Shown piece by piece: positions 18,241 through 26,956 of a DNA stretch of 64,000 nt. Within the stretch, counting starts at the first letter, position 1. The number at the start of each line of letters is the position of its first letter. Origin of the DNA: Ilumatobacteraceae bacterium (GTDB taxonomy: Bacteria; Actinomycetota; Acidimicrobiia; Acidimicrobiales; Ilumatobacteraceae); NCBI GenBank assembly GCA_030729045.1, contig JANQYF010000013.1, positions 33,480-97,479 on the forward strand, in the 5' to 3' direction. A model generated the notes under the pieces. The model was given only the letters and a program-made list of their open reading frames with translations. It did not search any database and had not been told where the DNA came from. A program made the position numbers and the translations under genes.

Positions 18241-19407
18241 ATGGCAACTTTTCGTGACCTCTTGGCTAACGCCAAATCCCAAATCGTCGAAATTGATACG
18301 GCAGCTGCTGAGGCGCGTATTCAAGCAGGTGATGTCTTTGTCCTTGATGTTCGTGAACCAGATGAATACGACGAAGGTGCGCTTGAAAACGCAGTGCACA
18401 TTCCTCGAGGACATCTTGAAGCCCAAATCGAAGGACGCGCGCTAGATCATGATCAGACAATTGTTGTGTATTGCGCAGGGGGAGTGCGTAGTGCGTTCGC
18501 CGCTCGTACTCTGCAAGAACTTGGGTACAGCGATGTGTTGTCAATGGCTGGTGGTTTCGGCAAATGGAAAGATGAGGGCCGTACATGGCGCCAGCCAGTC
18601 ACGCTGACTGCCGACCAACGCAACCGCTACAAACGCCATTTGTTGTTGCCAGAAGTAGGCATTGAAGGCCAGGCAAAACTGTTAGGTGCAAAAGTACTGA
18701 TGCTTGGCGCAGGCGGTCTCGGATCACCTGCTGCTTTGTACTTGGCAGCGGCAGGAATTGGAACGCTTGGCATTGTTGATATGGACGATGTTGATGCATC
18801 GAACTTGCAGCGCCAGATTTTGCACAACATGGATCGCATTGGTCAGCGCAAAGTTGATTCAGCGCGCCAGACAATTGAAAAGCTGAATCCAGACGTCACT
18901 GTCAAGACCTACGACATGCGTTTGAGTGCAGAAAACATCATGGAAATCATGAGCGAATACGACATCGTGGTTGATGGCGCAGACAATTTCCCCAGCCGCT
19001 ATCTGTTGAATGATGCCAGCGTGAAACTTGGAATTCCAGTTGTGCACGGAAGCATCTTTCGCTTTGAAGGAATGGTGTCGGTGTTTCACCCATTGCGTGG
19101 GCCTACGTATCGCGACATGGTTCCAGAACCGCCGCCGGCAGAATTCGCTCCTTCGTGTGCAGAAGCGGGTGTACTTGGCGTGCTGCCCGGAATCATTGGT
19201 TCTATTCAGGCACTCGAAACCATCAAGGTTCTCCTTGACCTCGGCGAGCCGCTAATTGGACGCATTCTCACAATCGACACCACCGAGATGTCGTTCCATG
19301 TTTTCAAGCTTCGTGCTGACCCACAAAACCAAGTTGTGTGGGAAAATCGCGATCGAATTGAAGTGCGAGACCTTGATGGCCTCTGCGCGCCCTGGCTCAG
19401 CCACTAG
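18241..19407 (+). CDS. adenylyltransferase/sulfurtransferase, MoeZ/MoeB-like with N-terminal rhodanese domain
   Basis: 388-aa ORF. Residues 1-115 form a rhodanese domain (active-site loop CAGGVRS; Cys codon 18472-18474). The rest is a ThiF/MoeB domain (MLGAGGLGSP, DASNLQRQILH, PSCAEAGVLGVLPG). Confidence 0.85.
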   Translation: MATFRDLLANAKSQIVEIDTAAAEARIQAGDVFVLDVREPDEYDEGALENAVHIPRGHLEAQIEGRALDHDQTIVVYCAGGVRSAFAARTLQELGYSDVLSMAGGFGKWKDEGRTWRQPVTLTADQRNRYKRHLLLPEVGIEGQAKLLGAKVLMLGAGGLGSPAALYLAAAGIGTLGIVDMDDVDASNLQRQILHNMDRIGQRKVDSARQTIEKLNPDVTVKTYDMRLSAENIMEIMSEYDIVVDGADNFPSRYLLNDASVKLGIPVVHGSIFRFEGMVSVFHPLRGPTYRDMVPEPPPAEFAPSCAEAGVLGVLPGIIGSIQALETIKVLLDLGEPLIGRILTIDTTEMSFHVFKLRADPQNQVVWENRDRIEVRDLDGLCAPWLSH

Positions 19408-19417
19408 CGTTTACTGA

Positions 19418-20566
19418 ATGACAGCACGCATCGTTATTGTCGGTGCCGGATTTTCCGGTGCTGTTATTGCACGTGAATTAGCAGAAGCAGGCATCGCTAC
19501 TTGGGTAGTTGATGGTCGTTCACATGTTGCAGGAAATGCGCACACGGAACGTCGCGACAATGGCGTAATGGTTCACGTGTATGGGCCACATATTTTCCAT
19601 ACGGCAGACAAACATGTGTGGGATTACATAAACAAGTACGGCGACATGATGCCGTACAACCACCGCGTGAAGGCAACGTCAGGTGGTCATGTCTATTCGC
19701 TGCCGGTGAACTTGCACACTATTAATCAGTTCTTTAACACCACCATGTCGCCAGCAGAAGCTGAACAGTTCATTACTGAACGTGCTGATTCAAGCATTGG
19801 AACGCCCGTCAGTTTTGAAGATCAGGCCTTGAAATTCGTAGGCCGAGATTTGTACGAAGCGTTCTTTAAGGGGTATACCCAGAAGCAATGGGGCGTGTCG
19901 CCAACGGAGCTGCCGGCATCAATTTTGGCCCGGTTGCCCGTGAGATTTTCCTACGAAGACAGCTATTTCAATCACCCATATCAAGCGATTCCGCGTGATG
20001 GTTACACACCAATAGTGGAAGCAATTCTTGATCACCCACTGATTGAAGTAACGCTCGGACGCACCGTTTCTCCGGAAGAACTAGCTGATGCGGAACACGT
20101 GTTTTGGTCTGGTCCCATTGATGAATACTTCTCGGGGCAGTTTGGAAAACTTGGTTATCGCACGCTTGATTTTGTAGAGACAGAAGAAGTTGGAGACGTG
20201 CAGGGGTGTCCTGTCATGAACTACTGCGACGTTGATGTTCCGTACACACGCATTACCGAACATAAACATTTCGCACCGTGGGAAACCCACGAGGGCAGCA
20301 CGATTTACACCGAATACAGTCGCCTTGCCCAAGATGGGGACATCGCGTATTACCCGATTCGTCAAGTGAAGGAAAAAGAGCAGTTGGTGCGGTACATCGA
20401 AGCGGCAAACGGGGCAACGGGTGTGACATTTGTCGGCCGCCTCGGCACCTACCGATATCTCGACATGGATGTCACCATCAAGGAGGCCCTCGAGGTGGCA
20501 AATCTTTACCTTTCAAATAGGCGGGAAAATCGGCCAATGCCACCGTTCGTGGTCAATCCTCTGTGA
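19418..20566 (+). CDS. glf: UDP-galactopyranose mutase
   Basis: 382-aa ORF with an N-terminal FAD-binding IVIVGAGFSGAVIA and the UGM-typical HVYGPHIFHT and YTQKQWG motifs. Confidence 0.9.
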   Translation: MTARIVIVGAGFSGAVIARELAEAGIATWVVDGRSHVAGNAHTERRDNGVMVHVYGPHIFHTADKHVWDYINKYGDMMPYNHRVKATSGGHVYSLPVNLHTINQFFNTTMSPAEAEQFITERADSSIGTPVSFEDQALKFVGRDLYEAFFKGYTQKQWGVSPTELPASILARLPVRFSYEDSYFNHPYQAIPRDGYTPIVEAILDHPLIEVTLGRTVSPEELADAEHVFWSGPIDEYFSGQFGKLGYRTLDFVETEEVGDVQGCPVMNYCDVDVPYTRITEHKHFAPWETHEGSTIYTEYSRLAQDGDIAYYPIRQVKEKEQLVRYIEAANGATGVTFVGRLGTYRYLDMDVTIKEALEVANLYLSNRRENRPMPPFVVNPL

Positions 20567-20576
20567 AACTAGACGG

Positions 20577-22325
20577 GTGACTTCCCACCTCCTCGCTCGA
20601 ATTCAGATTCCGGCGCCGGGGTTCTCCGAGCCCACTTTGTATGTGCGCCACCAACATGGCGTTATTGCCGCGGCAGGGCTAACACTGTCAAAGGGCGGAT
20701 GCGCAACCTTTGATACTGCATTTGGGGCGTTTGCCTCTGGTCGATGGAGCCGTTTGACAAATATCTCAGACATCGGTGTCTCGATGGACGTGTCTGGTCA
20801 CTGTTTGGTCGAACTTATTGCCTATGCCAACTCAACAGAGACAGTGATTTCCTCATCTGATGAAACCACCACATTGCAATTCACCGATATTCGTGCGTTG
20901 GCAGCGGAATCGTTTTATGTTGCAGTAACTGCACTTGAAGATGGTGTTGTGGTCCGGTCGGGGACATGGACCACGTCGCAAGCGCCAGAACGCGACGTTC
21001 GTCTTGGTGTTTCGATTACTACGTTCAATCGCCAAGAGTATGTTCTGAAGACAATCGAACGCCTGGTTGAACTTGAATCCTCAGAGCCGTCTGTGAACGG
21101 ACATCTTCATGTACTTGTCGTTGACAATGCACGCAATCTTGATCCGCAACTTCCTGCAGGTGCACCAGTACACGTAGTGCCAAACCCAAACCTTGGTGGT
21201 GCAGGCGGCTTTGCACGAGGGCTCATTGCGTTTCGTGAAGAGGGGTGGAGCACACATGTTGTCTTTATGGACGACGACATTTCAATCGAGCCTGAATCAA
21301 TAGTTCGCACCATTTCTCTTTTCTCGTATGCCAAAGATCCGGACTTGTGTATTCACGGAGCGATGATGAGCGAGGAATTGCCGTGGATGCAATTCGAAGC
21401 TGGTTCTGCGTATGAATTCCGTTCTGTGTATCCATTACGGGCACTTGGTCGAGGCGTTGACCTGCGTAGTCGCTATGAAGCGGTGCATGATCATCTCGAG
21501 CCAGAAATTGACTATTCAGCTTGGTGGTTCACAGCATTTCCTATGCACGTCGCGCCCCAAAATCCATTGCCTGTCTTTGTTCGCGGTGACGATGTTGCCT
21601 TTGGTCTTATGCATACGGGCAGACACACAGTCACTCTGAATGGCATTGCTGTGTGGCATGCGGACTTCGCGCTGAAGAACAACCCAATGTCGTTGTATTA
21701 CGAAGTGCGTAACTTTGCACTAATTGACACATTGGTGTTTGATAATCACAAGTGGCATCACCTTGCTTGGCGCTTTTTGGGCTTTGGTTTCCGCAATGCA
21801 TATTCACATCGCTATTTGAGCGCCGAATACATGATTCACGGAATGAAAGATTTCCTTGCTGGGCCAGCTGAATGGATGAAGATTGATCATTCAGCAAAAC
21901 ACGAGGAAGTGCGTCATGTCACTGAAGAAAAAGCTGTGCCGTTGACACCAGAACTTCTCAGTCTTGGCTTTACAGCACCACGGCCGAAGATAATTCGCCT
22001 TGGGGGGTTCTTGCTGTCTCCGTTAACTGGTGCAGGCAGATGGATTCCGAAATTCCTCCGCTCAAACGACGTTGGCGTTGCGCAAATTGATGTTCGAGCA
22101 GTTGGCTTAGCGATTCGTCACGACAAGATCCTGTATCGTCACCCTCGTTTCGATGAAGGCTTTATTTGCGAGCGTGACTACAAGCGGTTTATGGCGATTC
22201 AGCGCGATGTGTTCCGCTATTCATTACGGATTGCTCGTACCTATAAGCGTTTGAAGCGCGAATATCGTGATAGCTACATCACGATGGTCAGCGATGCGTC
22301 GTGGAACGCTCGCTTTAAGGGCTAG
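20577..22325 (+). CDS. glfT2: GT2 galactofuranosyltransferase, GlfT2-like
   Basis: The ORF-track ORF starts at 20430 inside glf, whereas in-frame GTG 20577 lies 11 nt after the glf stop. The N-terminus LLARIQIPAPG...LYVR resembles my recollection of M. tuberculosis GlfT2. GT2 core: ITTFNRQEY and FMDDDIS. The position directly after glf matches the Rv3809c-Rv3808c arrangement. Confidence 0.72.
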   Translation: MTSHLLARIQIPAPGFSEPTLYVRHQHGVIAAAGLTLSKGGCATFDTAFGAFASGRWSRLTNISDIGVSMDVSGHCLVELIAYANSTETVISSSDETTTLQFTDIRALAAESFYVAVTALEDGVVVRSGTWTTSQAPERDVRLGVSITTFNRQEYVLKTIERLVELESSEPSVNGHLHVLVVDNARNLDPQLPAGAPVHVVPNPNLGGAGGFARGLIAFREEGWSTHVVFMDDDISIEPESIVRTISLFSYAKDPDLCIHGAMMSEELPWMQFEAGSAYEFRSVYPLRALGRGVDLRSRYEAVHDHLEPEIDYSAWWFTAFPMHVAPQNPLPVFVRGDDVAFGLMHTGRHTVTLNGIAVWHADFALKNNPMSLYYEVRNFALIDTLVFDNHKWHHLAWRFLGFGFRNAYSHRYLSAEYMIHGMKDFLAGPAEWMKIDHSAKHEEVRHVTEEKAVPLTPELLSLGFTAPRPKIIRLGGFLLSPLTGAGRWIPKFLRSNDVGVAQIDVRAVGLAIRHDKILYRHPRFDEGFICERDYKRFMAIQRDVFRYSLRIARTYKRLKREYRDSYITMVSDASWNARFKG

Positions 22326-24720
22326 TAAGCGCAGCAGTTGCGGTCAGCACTTTCCAAGTTCTTGGACCAACTCGGCCACTGACGGGCAACTTGACTCGCT
22401 TCTGAAACAGCTTCACGTCGTTTGCAAGTGACCTAGTAAATACTCCAGTACTTGAAATCTTCTTTTTCAATACCTTTGAAAGCGCCTGTTGCAATGATGA
22501 AACAGCAGGGTGGCGTGATCCGACTTTAAGGACTGCCAAATCAATACGTCCCGCAAGCCCTAATGCATCCCATGTAGCTCTGTCCACGATGCCTGTAACT
22601 GGAAGACCAGACAATGTTTGAAATGCCCTGACCGCACGTTCGGTGGCAGAACCGAAGGCGCCATCTGTTGCGAGTCGTGATTTACCAACGAGTTTCAATG
22701 CAAGATTCAACTTCTTCTGAACGACAGTGACCATTGCGCCGGTGTTCTTTTTTGCAAGGGGAAGACCGAGCATCAGTGGTGCAACTGCAACAGTTGTTGG
22801 CAATGTGCCAGCAGGGCGCAATGCATCAAGTTGTTGGCGCAGGAACAAAGCAAATTCTGCTTGTCCGGTTGTTGATAAGTGCACGAAGCAGCACAACGAT
22901 TTGTTTTCAAACCATCTCCACTGATCCGCAGCTGATGATGCGGCATTCCAGTCGAAAATAGTGATTCCGGGGTTCTTTGCTGCGGCAGCAGCCAGTACCT
23001 CGTTTGACTTTGCATAGTTTCGTTTGGTTGAGCGAGTTGACATGTTTACGAAAATGACCCGTTGCACACCTTTGGAGATAAGTGCCGCCAAAATCTGTTG
23101 TACTTCGCCTTCAAAAGTTGCGGGGTCGTCGTTATAGCCCAATTCAACAATCGCAATTGCGGGCGCATCAAGCGTGTTAACTACACCCACACCGTCGGAA
23201 TTGATTTGTGGCGCAGTGACTGCAAAGAGACAACCAGCGCCTGCCATGCCGCGTCCGGCACATGCTTGAAAATTCATAGTCGGATACGCGGGGGTGACAA
23301 TTGCTGCGAATTCGGATGCAATGCTTTCGCCAACTGAATCGCCGATAAACAAGATTGAGCCAACAGAAGGTGAAGCAGGGTCTGCAGCTGCGACAGGGAA
23401 CGTTTCATACCACGGTGAATTCAAGTCAAAGTCATTGCGGAACTGCCATCCCGTGCGAGTGACGGTGCCCGCCGTGCCTGTGATGACTACAGACGTGGCG
23501 TAGCCATTCCAATCGCCGCCTAGGCCATCGTGCGACGTTGTAATTGACGTGAAAACACCGATGGTGGGGAAGGCCTTTTGTAAGTCTGCGGAAGACAAAA
23601 GTCGCGACCATGATTGCAATGCTGCGTCAGCTGCGATATCGCCGTTGTCGAGCTGTGCCGGGAATTGTCCACCTGCTGTACGTCCACCATTTGATGATGT
23701 GAACTCGGTTCGCATAATCGTGTTGCGCGAGTCTTTGATTACATATCCGGCGGTATCAGCAATTGCCAAATCTGTTCTTCTGTCTTCGATAACGCTTGCT
23801 GTTTTCGAGCCGACTGTTCGTAATGCAGCTCCGCCGTACACCTGACAATCTTGCGTGTCACATGTTTTGGCGTATGTGTACCTAGCTTCAGATAGTGAAT
23901 AACTGCGGGCCGCAACTGATTGTGCTCGTAGTGCGTTCATTCCTAGTCCGCCAGCGATGTCGCCCCATCCGGCAGGAGACTCGCGTGGAACAACTCCTCG
24001 CAGATATGCCTCGGCATTAAGGAGGTTTACTGTCCTCCGATTTCCCAAAATATCGATTGTTGCGCGAATGCTTCCTCTGTAATAACGAATGCGACCGTTC
24101 TTGAATGTGGTGGACGGTGGTTCACAAACGCCGAGCAAGTCTGTTGGTGCAATGGCGGTGGGTGCAGATCCTTGTGATGACACAAAATCGATTGGGCCTG
24201 CAATGTTGTCACCAATGAGGGTGAATCCTGTTGGGTTATCGGTATCGGCCGCACACGTTGCAGTCGGGGCTGCGTAAATGTCATACGCATTGTTGGCCAC
24301 CATGCGAGCCACTAGTGCGCCATATGCGCCAGGAGCACCGGTCCATGATGCAGTGATGTTGTCAGAGATCACTGCAGTAGGTCGTGCATCAAGAGTTTGA
24401 AGCCGAACGCTCATAACGCCGCCTGGCAATGCTGCAGCATCAGCCTCTGTGAGGGTTGTAAGCGTGCGGCCGCTTCCGCCGTAATAGAAATTCAGAATGT
24501 CTTGCCACGATGCGCCAAGTTTCGTAGCCCAGCCAAGTGAACCGTATTGGCTCAGACCTCGGCCGTGGCCATTGCCGTGACCGCGAATGATGACGCCAAC
24601 AGGAGGCAGTGGCTCAGCGTTAACTGCTGTGTTCGGTGCCGTAGTGAGAAGTGTCGATACAAGCGAGATAAAGACAAGCAAAAAGCCGACACGGCGTAGG
24701 GGTCTTGTCGGGGTTGCCAT
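22315..24720 (-). CDS. secreted SpoIID/LytB-domain protein fused to an SGNH hydrolase domain and two peptidoglycan-binding domains
   Basis: 801-aa ORF with a signal peptide. SpoIID motifs: GHGRGLSQYG, ALRAQSVAARSY, FTSSNGGRT. SGNH blocks: FIGDSVG, ELGYNDD, FVHLS. Two PG_binding_1-like repeats: DGAFGSATERAVRAFQ...GIVDRATWDAL, and a second copy. Confidence 0.8.
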   Translation of the reverse strand: MATPTRPLRRVGFLLVFISLVSTLLTTAPNTAVNAEPLPPVGVIIRGHGNGHGRGLSQYGSLGWATKLGASWQDILNFYYGGSGRTLTTLTEADAAALPGGVMSVRLQTLDARPTAVISDNITASWTGAPGAYGALVARMVANNAYDIYAAPTATCAADTDNPTGFTLIGDNIAGPIDFVSSQGSAPTAIAPTDLLGVCEPPSTTFKNGRIRYYRGSIRATIDILGNRRTVNLLNAEAYLRGVVPRESPAGWGDIAGGLGMNALRAQSVAARSYSLSEARYTYAKTCDTQDCQVYGGAALRTVGSKTASVIEDRRTDLAIADTAGYVIKDSRNTIMRTEFTSSNGGRTAGGQFPAQLDNGDIAADAALQSWSRLLSSADLQKAFPTIGVFTSITTSHDGLGGDWNGYATSVVITGTAGTVTRTGWQFRNDFDLNSPWYETFPVAAADPASPSVGSILFIGDSVGESIASEFAAIVTPAYPTMNFQACAGRGMAGAGCLFAVTAPQINSDGVGVVNTLDAPAIAIVELGYNDDPATFEGEVQQILAALISKGVQRVIFVNMSTRSTKRNYAKSNEVLAAAAAKNPGITIFDWNAASSAADQWRWFENKSLCCFVHLSTTGQAEFALFLRQQLDALRPAGTLPTTVAVAPLMLGLPLAKKNTGAMVTVVQKKLNLALKLVGKSRLATDGAFGSATERAVRAFQTLSGLPVTGIVDRATWDALGLAGRIDLAVLKVGSRHPAVSSLQQALSKVLKKKISSTGVFTRSLANDVKLFQKRVKLPVSGRVGPRTWKVLTATAALTSP

Positions 24721-24731
24721 GAGATACCACG

Positions 24732-25628
24732 CTAGGTGGTCTCGACCACTTCATGGTGGCGGTCAGTCTCGTCTCGCTCTTGTACCGCAACGCCTATCAA
24801 AACTAAAGCCATTCCCAGTAGGTCGAGAACGCTCGGAGATTGATCGAGAAATGCGAATCCGAAGATTGCTGCACATACGGGAAGTAACGCCAACATGACA
24901 GAGAAACGTCGGATGGGAATTCGTCGAAGTGTTGATTGATCAATGCCGTAACCGATTGCGTTTGAAAGCAGTCCGACAAGAATGCATCCGATCAGTATTT
25001 TCCCGCTTGAAAATGCTGCACCCGCATCACCGGCTGCAAATGGCGTGATGACAATGCCTCCGAAAAGTAAACCGAGCGCTAGGCCCGACACCCCTCTGTC
25101 AGCAAGTGCAACGCGTGAACCCATCACGATGTAGCCAGCCCACATGACAGAAGCAAGCAAGATGAAAACGAGTCCTAAGGGTTCGTTGCCTAGTTCTACG
25201 CCGCCTAAGACAACAACACCGACAGCCGCAAACAGCAGTGCAACCGTATTGCGCACGGAACGGGTACGAAGTGCCGCAACGGTTATTGGTCCGATGAATT
25301 CTATAGTCACGCCTTTGCCAAGGGGAAGACGATCAATTGCTAAGTAGAAGAACAGGTTCATTAATGCAGTTGATGCACCAAACGCGGCCACCCAATACAG
25401 TTCGCGGCGAGTCCATCGTTGGCGTGACTGCCGAAATGAAAACGCAAGCAGAATGAGAGATGCGCTAAGAACGCGAAGCCATGCAACGGTTGCCGGTGAG
25501 ACCTCATCAAACAAATTGATTGCGATAATTGCGCCCGTGTATTGAGCAATCGCAGACAGTATGAAGAAAAGTTCAGGAGGCGCGGCGTTGAAAATACGAT
25601 CAGCGCGCAACCCCTCATGTGAGGTCAC
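24732..25628 (-). CDS. EamA/DMT family transporter
   Basis: 298-aa ORF with about ten hydrophobic segments arranged as two similar halves, typical of EamA (RhaT/RhtA-like) exporters. Confidence 0.75.
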   Translation of the reverse strand: MTSHEGLRADRIFNAAPPELFFILSAIAQYTGAIIAINLFDEVSPATVAWLRVLSASLILLAFSFRQSRQRWTRRELYWVAAFGASTALMNLFFYLAIDRLPLGKGVTIEFIGPITVAALRTRSVRNTVALLFAAVGVVVLGGVELGNEPLGLVFILLASVMWAGYIVMGSRVALADRGVSGLALGLLFGGIVITPFAAGDAGAAFSSGKILIGCILVGLLSNAIGYGIDQSTLRRIPIRRFSVMLALLPVCAAIFGFAFLDQSPSVLDLLGMALVLIGVAVQERDETDRHHEVVETT

Positions 25629-25644
25629 GAAAGACTGTCGCTAG

Positions 25645-26478
25645 TTATTCGAAAAGTTCAGGATCTGTGCGGCAAATTTCTTGCCAGAGCGGCTGGAAGT
25701 GTGCCCAACCTGTCATGGCGTTGCCAGCGTTCTCACGCGTGTACACAGCTGATTCATGTGGGATGTGCTTTGGCGTACCTGCGGCCATGGCTGCAAGTTG
25801 TGCTTGTGCGCAACGCTCGAAGCAAACAAACCAGAACACTGCTTCATCAACACTTGCGCCCACTGTGAAGTGGCCATGGTTCTGGTGAATTGCTGCACGA
25901 TTGTTTCCAAAGGCTTCTGCAAAGTCGCGTCCTGCTGATTCTTCAAATACCACTGCGCCACCATGTTCTGAAATGACAACATTGTTTTCGTAGAACGCAC
26001 AGGAGTCTTGAGTTAATGCATCAAGTTGGATACCAAGTGAGCTGAATGCTTTTCCGTATACGGAGTGTGCATGCGCTGCTGCAACGACGTCAGGACGAGC
26101 AGTATGAACTGCTGCATGCAACACGTATGCAGCGCGGTTCACGGCGTACTTGCCGTACACAACTTCACCGTGATGGTTTACCAAGATGAGGTCAGACACT
26201 CGCATGTGACGAAATGACAAACCGAGTGGGTTCACCCAGAAGTGATCAGGAAATTCAGGGTCGCGCACTGTGATGTGTCCGGCGACGCCTTCTCCGAATC
26301 CAAGGCGACCAAAGATGCGTAGTGCGCCAGCAAGTTTTTGCTTGCGACGAAGACGCTCTTCGGCAACAGTGGCGGCAGGAGCAAGTGCTTCTTGGCCAAG
26401 AATGGTGACCTGCTTTGGAGTCAACGGAATGCCGTCGATCATGCGGGTTTCTACGGGTGCATCTGGTGTGATGGTCAT
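25645..26478 (-). CDS. class II aldolase/adducin family protein
   Basis: Motifs GHITVRD, VLHAAVHTARPDVVAAAHAHS and NHGHFTVG. Met at 26478 is chosen because the longer ORF (to 26556) overlaps the divergent RidA gene. Confidence 0.8.
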   Translation of the reverse strand: MTITPDAPVETRMIDGIPLTPKQVTILGQEALAPAATVAEERLRRKQKLAGALRIFGRLGFGEGVAGHITVRDPEFPDHFWVNPLGLSFRHMRVSDLILVNHHGEVVYGKYAVNRAAYVLHAAVHTARPDVVAAAHAHSVYGKAFSSLGIQLDALTQDSCAFYENNVVISEHGGAVVFEESAGRDFAEAFGNNRAAIHQNHGHFTVGASVDEAVFWFVCFERCAQAQLAAMAAGTPKHIPHESAVYTRENAGNAMTGWAHFQPLWQEICRTDPELFE

Positions 26479-26497
26479 GGCCTCACAATACGCCACA

Positions 26498-26905
26498 ATG
26501 GAGACCATGGGAATAAGCCAGATACAGCCACAACATATGGGGGCTCCGGCTGCCAAGTACGCACATGCCGTAAAAGTCGATGGCGCTCAGTCAATGGTGT
26601 TCACATCAGGGGTTGTGCCCACAATGCCTGATGGCACTGTTCCGCCTTCTCTAGAGGGGCAAACACGCGTTGTGTGGGCAAACTTGCTCGAAATCCTGCG
26701 CGCCTCTCAGATGGGCGTTATGAACATTGTCAGCATCACCACATATGTGGTGGCCAGAGACACGCTGACAGCCGATCTGGCGTCTGTAATGGCCGTTCGC
26801 GATGAAGTGATGGCAGATCACAGGGCTGCAAGCACCCTGGTGACTGTTCCAGCCCTGGCACGCTCTGAATGGCTCATTGAAATCAGCCTGGTGGCTGCTT
26901 CCTAA
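26498..26905 (+). CDS. RidA/YjgF family protein
   Basis: This is the C-terminal 135 aa of ORF 26270..26905, starting METMGISQ. It shows the YjgF-like pattern (AKYAHAVKVDG...VFTSGVVP...ITTYV...RAASTLVTVPALAR...IEI). The upstream part of that ORF is antisense to the aldolase gene. Confidence 0.78.
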   Translation: METMGISQIQPQHMGAPAAKYAHAVKVDGAQSMVFTSGVVPTMPDGTVPPSLEGQTRVVWANLLEILRASQMGVMNIVSITTYVVARDTLTADLASVMAVRDEVMADHRAASTLVTVPALARSEWLIEISLVAAS

Positions 26906-26956
26906 GAATTTCTAGGAATATGTCGCCAGCGGTGGTGGCTCGTACGATTAACCCCC

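Noticed and set aside
18241-19407. The ThiF/E1-like enzyme as part of a bacterial ubiquitin-like conjugation or defence system.
   Set aside because: No E2, JAB/DUB or beta-grasp gene is adjacent. The fused rhodanese domain with an active-site Cys points to sulfur-carrier activation (MoeZ-type). Only the domain order is unusual.
20430-20576. A 49-codon N-terminal extension of glfT2 overlapping the 3' end of glf.
   Set aside because: The extension is antiparallel to nothing, but it sits in an alternative frame of well-conserved Glf C-terminal sequence. In-frame GTG 20577 lies just after the glf stop and yields an N-terminus resembling known GlfT2.
26270-26497. The 76-codon N-terminal extension of the RidA ORF.
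   Set aside because: It is antisense to the N-terminal part of the class II aldolase gene and has an Arg/Ser/Pro-rich composition. RidA-family proteins are ~125-135 aa, which matches a start at 26498.
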